Origin: Nitrospinales bacterium
Lineage (GTDB): Bacteria; Nitrospinota; Nitrospinia; Nitrospinales; VA-1
Direction: 5' to 3'
Length of the DNA: 64,000 nt
Assembly: GCA_965223345.1 (NCBI GenBank)
Contig: CBDCWG010000012.1
Coordinates: forward strand, 2,976,001-3,040,000
Shown piece by piece: positions 9,788 to 19,204 of this stretch; within the stretch, counting starts at the first letter, position 1; each line of letters begins with the position of its first letter. A program made the position numbers and the translations under genes. The notes under the pieces are model-generated. The model saw only the letters and a list, made by a program, of their open reading frames with translations. It ran no database searches and was not told where the DNA came from.

Positions 9788-10259
9788 TGCAATCTCCGAA
9801 GCTCAAGGCGGTCAAGGGGTTGACGATCGATGCGGGTTTGGATTGCGCGGGCCGCAACCGGTCCGTCGGGTCCATCCTGCCTTTCATTGTAGCGTTTCAG
9901 ACGGGATGGTAGTGGTTTTTCTTGTCATTGAGGGTGCAATTGCCCGCTTCCGGGTAGCCTGCACCGGCAGAAACCCCGGTTTTTCAAAGGCGGTGTTGCG
10001 TAACGGGTTCACCGCACCCGTGTCGAAAACGCACAGGCCACAGGTCCGGCCGCACACGGCTATAGCATACTCCCTCGAGCGGAATTAAACAAATTTTGTG
10101 ATAAAAACCCCATGATTATGTGATTTTTTCCCTCGGCAACTTCCCTGCGTCCGCCTATATTAAGGGCGGAAAAACAGACTGGAAAGATAGGGTGGCGGAT
10201 CCTAGGCGGGAAAACGGAAAAACCGTCCGATCCGGCCCCGAACAGGGAGGGAAGCCATC

Positions 10260-10496
10260 ATGGAAGCGGCTGAAAACAGCAGGCAACCGGGCTATGCGGC
10301 GCAATCCGACCCCAGGATCGACACGCTGCAGTTTCTGAAGATGTTCACCGAAATATTCAAGCAATCCGGGGAGGAACTTGAGCCGTCGAAGCACAAGGTC
10401 TTCGCCAAAAACAGCTCCCCCGACAAGGCGGTGCGCCAGTATCAGGATATCCGGCTCGCCCTCAACCCGTCCCGCCCCGTCTCCCACACGGAGTGA
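10260..10496 (+). CDS. Small hypothetical protein
   Basis: GGAGG RBS; ends 6 bp before the next ORF. Confidence 0.55.
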   Translation: MEAAENSRQPGYAAQSDPRIDTLQFLKMFTEIFKQSGEELEPSKHKVFAKNSSPDKAVRQYQDIRLALNPSRPVSHTE

Positions 10497-10502
10497 GCGG
10501 CG

Positions 10503-11582
10503 ATGTTTCGGCAATGGGCGGGATCCACGCAAGCGGGAGCGGACCGGCTGTTTCGCAAGCACCCCCTGGAGCTGACCGCTCTGCTGGAGCGGGGATGGAA
10601 TCACGCGATCGCAGATGCCGGCAACCGGGAATATCTCCTCAACCGGGGCCGCATTCAGGGACTGCCCGCTCACTGGATCGAGCGGATCGAGTCCGGGCCG
10701 GGCAAAACAACTCCCGGCAGCGGCGACAACGCGCCGCCCGTCCTCTGGGACCACCTGATCTACGCCTTCATGATCGAAAACACCGGCGTCTATGAAGTGT
10801 TCCGGCGGGTGCTGCACGCCTACCTGTATGGGGAGGAACTGGGGACGCCGCTCGAGGAAGCCTGCGACTGGCTGCGCAACACGGAGGCGCTGTTTTACCA
10901 GAACGCCCCGCCTTTTTTCATCCATTCGCTGACCAGCACGCTGCGCCCGAGCCTGTGCGCCACCCGGCGCGGGGCGTACTACCGCATGTTCGGTCTGGAG
11001 TTGAGCTTTCCCGAAGACCCCTCCCCCGCTTACATCAAAGCCAAGGCGGCCAACCGGAATTTCAGCTTCACCTTCGAGGAATTTCTGCGGGAAGTGTGGG
11101 TGGGGATCAACGAATCGCAGGAAAATGAAGACCGTCAAACCAACGACCGCAAGATCGCGGCTCTGGCAACCAAGCTGCACGCCCTGCTGACCCAGCGCCG
11201 GCGGGCGGGCAATCTGGCGCGGGAGGAGCACTTCTTCGTGTCGATGCTGTCCTGGTTTCACCTGACGCTGGAGTACGACTCCCCGATCGTCCGCTCTCTC
11301 GGTGCGGAAGAAACCAGTCCGGGCCGGCGGCTTAAGAATATCGCCAAGCGGGTCGGCGTGCAGGCGCACCCGCTGGCGGCGGATTTTTTCGACATCGCGG
11401 ACGCGATCTCAAGAATCCTGCTGCAGATCGAAACCGGGATCTACAACGAGGCCGGCGCGGCACCGGCCCTCTACACGCCGGTCGAGGGCGGCGGCCCCGA
11501 GCAGGACATCCGCAAGATCATCACGCACTGGTCGATCACCCACCTGCACGCCCTCAAATTCGACGAAGTTGCGGCGAACTAG
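10503..11582 (+). CDS. Hypothetical cytoplasmic alpha-helical protein
   Basis: 359-aa ORF with host-like codon usage and a Trp/aromatic-rich core (LWDHLIYAFMIENTG); no recognisable catalytic motif. Confidence 0.75.
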   Translation: MFRQWAGSTQAGADRLFRKHPLELTALLERGWNHAIADAGNREYLLNRGRIQGLPAHWIERIESGPGKTTPGSGDNAPPVLWDHLIYAFMIENTGVYEVFRRVLHAYLYGEELGTPLEEACDWLRNTEALFYQNAPPFFIHSLTSTLRPSLCATRRGAYYRMFGLELSFPEDPSPAYIKAKAANRNFSFTFEEFLREVWVGINESQENEDRQTNDRKIAALATKLHALLTQRRRAGNLAREEHFFVSMLSWFHLTLEYDSPIVRSLGAEETSPGRRLKNIAKRVGVQAHPLAADFFDIADAISRILLQIETGIYNEAGAAPALYTPVEGGGPEQDIRKIITHWSITHLHALKFDEVAAN

Positions 11583-11589
11583 CCGGTCC

Positions 11590-12180
11590 TCAGCTTTTCT
11601 TCTTATCGAGCTTGGTGATCTTGGAACCTTCCAGGGTCAGGTTGTACATGAGCCCCTGCTGCCCGAACACGAAGGCCACGATCGGGTCCTTGACGTTGAC
11701 CGTATCGAGCGAATCTCCGAGGCCGACCTTGATCAGCGCCACCGAGCCATCGACGCCGACCTTCCAGCCCTCGCTGGTGCGGAAATTTTTCAGGGCGTCG
11801 TCTTCCATGAACACCAGCAGCACGGTTTTCGCCTGCGCTCCCAGTTGAAAGCCGAAGGAGGCCGCCACCGTGTTGTAGTAATCGACGGTCTTTCCGTTGA
11901 TGCGCAGCGCGCCTTCCCCGTATTCCCCGCCGATGCCGATGCCGGCCTTGATGACGGTGGGAAACACCAGCACGCCTTTCGCCCCTTTCAGAAAGGCTTC
12001 GCTGCCCTTGACCTCTTTGTGAAATTTCGTCAATGCCTCATTGACTTCCGTGTCGATTTCCTCGGCGGTTTTGGCAAAGGCGGTGCCGGTCAGAAAAGCC
12101 GACAGCAGCAATGCGGTCAGGGAAGGGAAAATCAGGAACAGGGGGGATACGGTCCACTTCAGAAACGGTGTTTTTTTCAT
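11590..12180 (-). CDS. Ysc84/SYLF-like lipid-binding exported protein
   Basis: AKGVLVFPTVIKAGIGIGGEYGEG, SFGFQLGAQ and GLMYNLTLEGSKI motifs. Confidence 0.88.
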   Translation of the reverse strand: MKKTPFLKWTVSPLFLIFPSLTALLLSAFLTGTAFAKTAEEIDTEVNEALTKFHKEVKGSEAFLKGAKGVLVFPTVIKAGIGIGGEYGEGALRINGKTVDYYNTVAASFGFQLGAQAKTVLLVFMEDDALKNFRTSEGWKVGVDGSVALIKVGLGDSLDTVNVKDPIVAFVFGQQGLMYNLTLEGSKITKLDKKKS

Positions 12181-12666
12181 ACGGATGGTCTCCTCAACGA
12201 TTCAAACGCGATCGGCAACACGCCGACGGCACACTCAGGCCCTTTTCAAAAGACCCGCAACGAATAAAAGCGCCACGGCCGCGGCCGCGGGGGTCATCAT
12301 CAGCGGTTTAACAACCTCCGGCGGAACTCCCGGGAAGCTGAAAAGCATGCTTCCGAGGGGTCAACCGTGGGCCCGTTTTTTCCCTCAGCTTACACCGGAA
12401 ATGGAATTTTCCATAATGAATCGCTAAAAGAGTCCTTTTTTTAAAAAATTACCTAAAACGCCCTGAATTCGGAAAAAGTGGAGTGTGCAGCCCCCGCGCA
12501 TGCGCATGATTTCTCTTGCTAAACGGTGGAAAACAACCACGCGGTCGTCACAGCGGGTGCGGAGGTGCTGCTGATCCAGACGTCTGGAAAGCAGACAGAA
12601 AAACCCGGCGGGTCGGACGTCCGCCGGGTTTTTCCAGGATGGGTGAAGACGCAGTGGTGCGGGTGC

Positions 12667-13827
12667 TCAGGGGGAGCGGACCGATTGCCCCACTTGCTTG
12701 ATGGCCTTGTATTTTCGGGGGATGGATTTTGAGGCAGGCTGCGTGACTTTGGCCCGGCGCGTCACTTTTCTCAGGTACTGCCCCTGGTTGCCGGTGGTGA
12801 CCTTCTTCACCACAGTCTGCGGTTTCAGCTGGCCGTCCAGTTTGGCCTGCTCGGCGTTTTCCCGTTCTTCCTGCTCTTCCAGTTCCTTGCGGCGCTTGAG
12901 CGCGACGATGTTGCCGTTGTCATCGAATTCCGCCACCAGTTCCTCGTCCTTTTCCTTGAGGTATTTGTCGAGGTAGGGTTTGACGAGCGCGACGTCCTCG
13001 AAATTCCACAGGTTGCTGGTGATCCCTTCCATGACCAGGCTGTACACGCCCTTCTCGATGGCCTCCATGACCGCCATCTGCGGCGGTTCGTTGGTGGTGA
13101 TGCCGACCTCCGCTTCCAGCAGGCGGTTGAGCTCGACGAAGCGGAAGAACGTGCCGTCGAGGCTGGCGGAAAAGATGGTCTTGCTGGTGTGCACCGTGTG
13201 CAGGACTTTTCCCCTTTTCACGGAAACGGCGCGCAGAAAGATGCTCACGGTGTCGCGGCGGAATTCGGTGGAGCCACCCGCGCCGAAGTAGCGCGCTCCC
13301 AGCCCTCCGGTCAACAGGTTGGTCTCGTAGGCGATGACGCCGCCTTCCAGCATGATGGGGGCGTACAACAGCGGCGGCAGCGAGGGCGGTGCGCTGCCGA
13401 CCTTTTCGCCTTTATCTTTTTTGCGGCTGTACTGCTTGCGCGTCTGCCGGATGATCTTGCGTTCGTTCAGCAGGTTGTTGAGGCCTTCCCGCTCCAGAAC
13501 CGTGAACCATTTGCCGCCGCCTGCATCCTGCAGGGCTTTGATCAGCATGGAGGTGGCTCCCTGGGTGACGGCGGTGGAATACTGCAGCACCGTGTCGCTG
13601 GATTTGTACTGGCCGGTCTGGTCGCGGAATTTGTAGACCACGATCACGACCGGCTCCTTGGGAGGCGGCAGGGACACGAGGTCTTCGTAGACCTGTGATT
13701 TGTACCCCACGATGGCTTTTCCGGAACGCACGGGCTGAAAGAACGTCGAGCAGGCCGGCAGCACCAGGCTCAACGTCAAAACCAGAACCACAAATGTTCG
13801 AACGTTTTTCCCTCTTCCTGTCCGCAT
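12667..13827 (-). CDS. csgG: Curli secretion channel lipoprotein CsgG with C-terminal extension
   Basis: Lipobox LPAC; VYKFRDQTGQYK, STAVTQGATSML, WFTVLEREGLNNLLNERKIIR, TGGLGARYFG. Confidence 0.96.
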   Translation of the reverse strand: MRTGRGKNVRTFVVLVLTLSLVLPACSTFFQPVRSGKAIVGYKSQVYEDLVSLPPPKEPVVIVVYKFRDQTGQYKSSDTVLQYSTAVTQGATSMLIKALQDAGGGKWFTVLEREGLNNLLNERKIIRQTRKQYSRKKDKGEKVGSAPPSLPPLLYAPIMLEGGVIAYETNLLTGGLGARYFGAGGSTEFRRDTVSIFLRAVSVKRGKVLHTVHTSKTIFSASLDGTFFRFVELNRLLEAEVGITTNEPPQMAVMEAIEKGVYSLVMEGITSNLWNFEDVALVKPYLDKYLKEKDEELVAEFDDNGNIVALKRRKELEEQEERENAEQAKLDGQLKPQTVVKKVTTGNQGQYLRKVTRRAKVTQPASKSIPRKYKAIKQVGQSVRSP

Positions 13828-14003
13828 CTCCCCCCCATTCTAGAAAAAGAAAATCACATCTTTGCTGCGACCGGGATTCCGGCTTCCCGGCCTTGCATCA
13901 TCCCATCCCAATCGGGCGGCCAATCACCGGCCCCGAACAACCCGGCCGGACATCCAGGTGTTCGAGACCGGAATCAGCGCTCCTCCTCCATTGATACCCA
14001 CCG

Positions 14004-14414
14004 TCAAAACGTGGGCACCAGAACGGTCGTGGCGTCTCCGGTGTTCTGATCGACGACCGAAATGGAAACGTCTCCGCCGTTGTCCTGCACAGAAAGCTTG
14101 AAATTGCCGATGTCGAAATCTCCGGTGGGAACGCCGTCTTCATCGCCGAAAATCCCGTCCACGATTTCATTGGAGAGCCGGTTCAGAATGGACCGGTTCA
14201 GCCGGTCCTCGAAATCCTCCAGCACCGATTCCTCCTGCGTCGCCTCTTCGAACTCGTTCTGCGCGGTGGCCTGGCTCAGCAGGGGCGCCGCGTTGAACGG
14301 ATTGCCGCCGAAGGTGGGATTGTCGAACCGGTGGGAAATTTCCGAGGCGTCGGTGACCGCCGCCCCGAAGCCGAACAAAAGACACACACTTGCGAAAAGC
14401 ATGGTTTTTTTCAT
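14004..14414 (-). CDS. csgF: Curli assembly component CsgF
   Basis: Signal peptide; FDNPTFGGNPFNAAPLLSQATAQN motif; upstream of csgG. Confidence 0.95.
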   Translation of the reverse strand: MKKTMLFASVCLLFGFGAAVTDASEISHRFDNPTFGGNPFNAAPLLSQATAQNEFEEATQEESVLEDFEDRLNRSILNRLSNEIVDGIFGDEDGVPTGDFDIGNFKLSVQDNGGDVSISVVDQNTGDATTVLVPTF

Positions 14415-14426
14415 TTGAACCACCTT

Positions 14427-14909
14427 TCAATACATTTCCAGTTCCTGGATCAGATCCAGTCGCCGCTTGATAAATCTGTAGGTCACGCGAACTCCGGCGA
14501 CTGCAGCCGCCTCGACTTCGTCCGACCGGGGCTTCACATTGCGCTTGAAGATCAGCCGCTCGTTCACGCTGACAAAGATGATGTTGCCGATACGGGGCTC
14601 CGCGAGTTCCTTCAATGTGATCGTGTAATTCCCCGGCAGCGGCTCCCAGTGATTGGTGAAGAAATAATAAAAATCGCCGCCGACTTTTGTTTTGGTTTCA
14701 TCGACGATCAGGCCGCTGATGCCGAAGGCGTCCTCTTCATCCGGCTCTTCCGCCTCGCTCTCGTTCTCGAGCGTGGCGTCGTCTTCCTCGATAGCCGGAT
14801 TCGACGCCGAAGAAGACGGGTTGTCGTAAGAGGAGCTCATTTCTGCAAATCCTGCCAGCAAGCAAAACAAGAAAAACACCAGATAGATTCTCCAACCGAT
14901 TGCCGGCAT
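14427..14909 (-). CDS. csgE: Curli assembly component CsgE
   Basis: ISGLIVDETKTKVGGDFYYFF..ITLKE motif; csgE-F-G order. Confidence 0.9.
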   Translation of the reverse strand: MPAIGWRIYLVFFLFCLLAGFAEMSSSYDNPSSSASNPAIEEDDATLENESEAEEPDEEDAFGISGLIVDETKTKVGGDFYYFFTNHWEPLPGNYTITLKELAEPRIGNIIFVSVNERLIFKRNVKPRSDEVEAAAVAGVRVTYRFIKRRLDLIQELEMY

Positions 14910-15056
14910 CCCGTCTCTCCCCTGCCCGCGATTCCTCAGATTCCGCATTCCGATCGTGCCCCTTTTTACTGCGTCTTGAAACGATGCGGGACCGGGCTTC
15001 CCTGCCCGGCCCCGATGCTTCCCCTTCCAGCGATCGATTCACACAAGGTGAACCGG

Positions 15057-16844
15057 TCAGTTGGAACCGATGACCACTGCCACGTTGCCGTTGCCGGGCT
15101 GATTGATGGTTGCGGTTTGCCCCGCGAAGCCCGCCTGATCGATCGTGGCGCTGTTCAAGTTACCGGACTGGTTGATTTCAGCGGAATTATCGAAACCGCC
15201 GTCCTGATCGATCAATGCATTGTTGTTGTTGCCGCCCTGGTCGATGAAGGCGTGGTTCAATGCACTACCAAAACCCTGCTGAATTTCCGCGGTGTTGTCA
15301 TCGCCATGCTGATCGATTCCGGCATCGTTGCCACCGGAAGCAAAGTCCTGAAAGATGATGGCGCTGTTGCGGTCGCCGGACTGATCGACCCAGGCTTCGT
15401 TGTCAACCGAAGCCACGACCTGACTGATCAGCGCATCATTGTTGTCACCAGACTGATCGATTTCCGCACTGTTACCTGCGGAAGCAAACGTCTGATCGAT
15501 GATGGCAGAGTTGTCATCTCCGGATTGATCGATGCTCGCGTCGTTGGCGGCGGAAGCCAGGGTTTGATTGATCAAGGCGAAATTATCGTCGCCGGATTGA
15601 TCGACATGAGCGTTGTTAAGTGCGGATGCTGCACTTTGATTGATGAAAGCGATATTGTCGTCGCCGGACTGATTGATGGACGCCTCATTTAAAATGGAGG
15701 CCTCCTGCTGATCGATGTCGGCGAGGTTTCTGTTTCCGCTCTGATGGATGGAGGCGGTGTTGTCCTCGGAGCCCAAGTTCTGGCGGATCTCGGCTGTGTT
15801 GTCATTGCCGTCCTGGCCGATTTCCGCGGAATTGAAAGTAGAACGCGGGGTCTGGATGATCCGCGCGGTGTTGTCGTTACCGGACTGGTCGATCCAGGCT
15901 TCATTGTCGGTTACGCCGTCCTGATCGATGAACGCCCGGTTGCGGTTTCCAGACTGATCGACATGGGCTTCATTTCTGGCAGATCCGAGTCCCTGCTGGA
16001 TCCGGGCGTTGTTGCGGTTCCCTTCCTGATCGACGGACGCTTCATTGTCTTCCGACCGGAGATCCTGGAAAATTCTCGCTTCGTTGTTGTTTCCGCCTTG
16101 GCGAATGCGTGCGTTGTTGTCTCTGGATCCGTCATTCTGGAAAATCCGCGCAAAATTGCGATTTCCCGGTTGCCGGATCACGCCTCTGTTGTCGGTGCTG
16201 GCTGAGTTCTGCAATACAGCCGCATCGTTGCGGTTGCCCTGCTGGTTGATGATGCCTTCATTGTCCTCCTGACCGCTCTGATCGATCAGAGCGGTGTTGT
16301 CGTTGCCGCCCTGCCGGATCGTCGCGTCGTTGTCTTCAGCGCTGTCCTGATCGATGAACGCAGAGTTTTCATTGCCGCTCTGACGGATGAAGGCCTCGTT
16401 GTCAAAGGAACCTTCTCCCTGATCGATGAACGCTTCGTTGTCGTTGCCCGGCTGACGGATCTCGGCGCTGTTGTCTTCGGAACCGAAATCCTGCCGGATG
16501 CGGGCTTCGTTATCATCGCCGCGCTGGTTGATGAGTGCCTCATTGTCCGTCGATCCAAACTGCTGCAGGATCGTGGCCTCGTTGTCGTCGCCACGCTGCC
16601 GGATGGTGGCGTCGTTGTCGTTCGCTGTATTGTTTTGCGTGATGGTGGCGTCGTTGTCGTCGCCGGGCTGGTCCACGGTGGCGTCATTGCCGTCACTGCC
16701 TGCCGCCGGCGGCGCCTGGTTCACGTTCGCCGTGTTGTTATTCCCGTCCTGATCGATGTCCGAGGTGTTGACGGCAAATGCCTGTCCGGTGGCGAACAGG
16801 GACGCTATCAATGCAATTATCAATATCCATACTTTCGGTCTCAT
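15057..16844 (-). CDS. csgA: Major curlin-like subunit with about 24 curlin repeats
   Basis: Signal peptide, then 24 counted units of N-x-A-x-[IV]-x-Q-x-G-x-x-N-x-A-x-I-x-Q; AGGAG RBS. The csgA assignment is inferred. Confidence 0.88.
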   Translation of the reverse strand: MRPKVWILIIALIASLFATGQAFAVNTSDIDQDGNNNTANVNQAPPAAGSDGNDATVDQPGDDNDATITQNNTANDNDATIRQRGDDNEATILQQFGSTDNEALINQRGDDNEARIRQDFGSEDNSAEIRQPGNDNEAFIDQGEGSFDNEAFIRQSGNENSAFIDQDSAEDNDATIRQGGNDNTALIDQSGQEDNEGIINQQGNRNDAAVLQNSASTDNRGVIRQPGNRNFARIFQNDGSRDNNARIRQGGNNNEARIFQDLRSEDNEASVDQEGNRNNARIQQGLGSARNEAHVDQSGNRNRAFIDQDGVTDNEAWIDQSGNDNTARIIQTPRSTFNSAEIGQDGNDNTAEIRQNLGSEDNTASIHQSGNRNLADIDQQEASILNEASINQSGDDNIAFINQSAASALNNAHVDQSGDDNFALINQTLASAANDASIDQSGDDNSAIIDQTFASAGNSAEIDQSGDNNDALISQVVASVDNEAWVDQSGDRNSAIIFQDFASGGNDAGIDQHGDDNTAEIQQGFGSALNHAFIDQGGNNNNALIDQDGGFDNSAEINQSGNLNSATIDQAGFAGQTATINQPGNGNVAVVIGSN

Positions 16845-16908
16845 GTGAGTTCTCCTCCTGCTGAGTTGAAAAAATGATTCCCTGCGGAATCCCTGATAAT
16901 GCGAAACC

Positions 16909-17532
16909 TCAATTCTGAAACACGTTCGCCGTGTTGCCGTTGCCGCTTTGCGTGATGGTGGCCCGAGAACCGCTGGCGCCGTTCTGGTTGATCAGAGCCG
17001 TGTTGCCGTCGCCGGATTGAAAAATGCTGGCGGAACTGGAAACCGCGCCGTTCTGCAGTATGGAAGCGTCGTTGCCGCTGCCGGACTGGTCGATGAGGGC
17101 GAAGCTGTCTTGCGCGCCGTTCTGGGAAATGGAGGCGACGTTGTCGTCGCCGGACTGGACGATGGACGCGATGTTGCCGATCGCGCCGTCGCTCTGAAAG
17201 ATGAACGCTTCGTTGAAATCGCCGGATTGATCGATGGTCGCGTCGTTGCCTTCGGACGCGGACTGCTCGATCTCCGCCAGATTGTTGTTGCCGGATTGAT
17301 CGACGGAGGCAACGTTGAAAGCCGCGCCATCCGCCTGGATGATGGTGGCTTCGTTTTCATTGCCCGACTGATCGAACAGGGCGGTCAGGTTGTCTCCGGC
17401 CTGCTCGATGTTGGCGAGGTTGTCCTCGCCGTCCTGCACGATGTCGAGGACATTCTGCGCAGCCGCAGGCGGAACGGCCTGAAACACCCAATACGCCATC
17501 ACGGCTGTCATGAATCCCGAAACCCTGCCCAT
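16909..17532 (-). CDS. Curlin-repeat protein, about 8 repeats
   Basis: AGGAGG RBS before ATG 17532; signal-like N-terminus; repeated IxQSGxxNxAxIxQ. Confidence 0.88.
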   Translation of the reverse strand: MGRVSGFMTAVMAYWVFQAVPPAAAQNVLDIVQDGEDNLANIEQAGDNLTALFDQSGNENEATIIQADGAAFNVASVDQSGNNNLAEIEQSASEGNDATIDQSGDFNEAFIFQSDGAIGNIASIVQSGDDNVASISQNGAQDSFALIDQSGSGNDASILQNGAVSSSASIFQSGDGNTALINQNGASGSRATITQSGNGNTANVFQN

Positions 17533-17584
17533 GCCCGCACCTCCTGTCGTTACGATGAAATCGAATCCCCGCTGCTGAATGCCC

Positions 17585-18466
17585 TCAAGGTTGAATCTGA
17601 ATCCCGCCGAATCCCGGAGAGACGGTGATGCCGAACGCATCCTGAGTGATGCTGGCGTCCAGCCCGTTGCCGTCCTGGATCACGCTGAACCCCAGACCGT
17701 CGCCGCTCTGGCTCTGCGCGATGCTGTTGTTGTTGCCGATCTGCACGGCTTCGAGAAAGTTGCCGTCGCCGGCCTGTGACTGACTGATGCTGTTGCCGCT
17801 GCCGATCTGGGTTCCCAGGGCAACATTGCCGGAGCCGCTCTGAAACTGTTCCAGCAGGTTGTCCTCGCCCTGTTGCCGGGCGACCACCGAATTCAAAAAT
17901 CCCTGCTGGTTCAGGTCGTAGATGTTGCCGCCGCCGTTCTGAATGGCGACGGCGCTGTTTTCGGTGCCGTTCTGGATCAACCCGGCCTGGTTGGCGAAGC
18001 CGTCCTGAACGGCAAACACCTCGTTGTCCAGCCCGGACTGGCTGAGTTCGAATTCGTTGTCTTCACCGGTCTGCTGCAGATCGAGCCGGTGCCCGTCGCC
18101 CGACTGCTCCACATCCGCCCGGTTTTCGGTTCCCCGCTGCACCGCCTCGCTGCGATTCGCATCGCCGTCCTGCAGGATTTCGAACGCGTTGCCGTCGCCG
18201 CCCTGAAACAGCCGCACCTCGTTGAAGTCTTCCATCTGCTCGATGGAGGAAAGCCCGGCGTTTCCCTGCTGCTCGACCAACACCGTTCCGCCTCTGCCGT
18301 TCTGCTGCACCGCATTCTCGTTGGCGGCAAAGGAAGGGGGAGGCCCGAAACCCGGGCCTCCGGCAATCAGAATGGTGAACAAAATCAGGGTAACCACGAT
18401 CGGAAGTAGTGCTTCGAGGCGAAAGGGAGGGGACCATTTTTTGAAAAACCGATTCATGCCAAACAC
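17585..18466 (-). CDS. Curlin-repeat protein, about 10 repeats of 22 aa (CsgB-like nucleator candidate)
   Basis: Hydrophobic N-terminus; regular QxGxxN 11-residue half-repeats; first gene of the operon. Confidence 0.82.
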   Translation of the reverse strand: MFGMNRFFKKWSPPFRLEALLPIVVTLILFTILIAGGPGFGPPPSFAANENAVQQNGRGGTVLVEQQGNAGLSSIEQMEDFNEVRLFQGGDGNAFEILQDGDANRSEAVQRGTENRADVEQSGDGHRLDLQQTGEDNEFELSQSGLDNEVFAVQDGFANQAGLIQNGTENSAVAIQNGGGNIYDLNQQGFLNSVVARQQGEDNLLEQFQSGSGNVALGTQIGSGNSISQSQAGDGNFLEAVQIGNNNSIAQSQSGDGLGFSVIQDGNGLDASITQDAFGITVSPGFGGIQIQP

Positions 18467-18696
18467 CTTTTCATTGCCCTTTTGTTCCGGTGATCTCCCC
18501 GCAGGGGTGACCTCCCCTGTCTGGGCCGCTGACCGTTTGAAGTGTGTTTTTTCAAACCCTTTTCCGGCAAAGGGGGCTTGTCGAAAGAAGAGGGAAATGA
18601 ATTCTGAGGAGCCCTATTCGATGCGGCTCCATACGTATTCCGCAAACGCCACGTCATGCGGAATGGGTGGGTTATAAAACACTGCCCCGGAGCTGT

Positions 18697-18718
18697 ATAT
18701 AGTTCGATGGAACTATAT
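18697..18718. promoter_or_regulatory. 9-bp perfect inverted repeat upstream of the curli operon
   Basis: ATATAGTTC-GATG-GAACTATAT. Confidence 0.55.
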
Positions 18719-18788
18719 TGTTATGGATATAGATTCCAGTATCTTAGATATAAATTTATATAAAATTTATCGAGATAAGGATTTTTGC

Positions 18789-18810
18789 AAATGTGACGCG
18801 TGTCACATTT
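18789..18810. promoter_or_regulatory. CRP-family binding site
   Basis: AAATGTGA-CGCGTG-TCACATTT; both arms match the CRP consensus AAATGTGA-N6-TCACATTT. Confidence 0.78.
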
Positions 18811-18943
18811 CTCCCCTCTTCCCTTTCTTCAAAAAGCAGGGTTTTTGGTTGTGGGAATTTGATGCGCGAATTTCTTAAATCGAAAATTTGCAAAGAAGAA
18901 AAATGGAAGGAAGAATGTTTTCTCTGCCAGGGACCGCGCGGGA

Positions 18944-19204
18944 TCAGGAACCGGCTTTGTTGAGTTTGGCCACCAGCTCCGCGCGGGTTTTCACGCGCAG
19001 TTTTTTGTGGATGTTGCGGATGTGGGCTTTTTGCGTGTAGACGCTGATGAACAGTTTGCCGGCGATGTCCTTGTCGCTCATGCCTTCCCGCACCATGACG
19101 AGGATTTCATTTTCACGCGGGGTCAGATGCATGGGTGCGGCACTTTCATTTTTTTCCGTTTCCTGTTTCAGCGTTGAATCTGAGGACATCTTGCCTGAAT
19201 CCAT
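18944..19204 (-). CDS. LuxR/GerE-type HTH-only transcriptional regulator
   Basis: LTPRENEIL..GMSDKDIAGKLFISVYTQKAHIRNIHKKLRVKTRAELV; start uncertain. Confidence 0.85.
   Translation of the reverse strand: MDSGKMSSDSTLKQETEKNESAAPMHLTPRENEILVMVREGMSDKDIAGKLFISVYTQKAHIRNIHKKLRVKTRAELVAKLNKAGS

Noticed and set aside
12235..12348. 37-aa hydrophobic minus-strand ORF upstream of the Ysc84-like gene
   Set aside because: No convincing RBS or family resemblance.
14331..18409. Repetitive plus-strand ORFs (VVAGLID-type) and DNA periodicity suggesting an array or CRISPR
   Set aside because: Explained by curlin repeats on the minus strand; no identical repeats with unique spacers.
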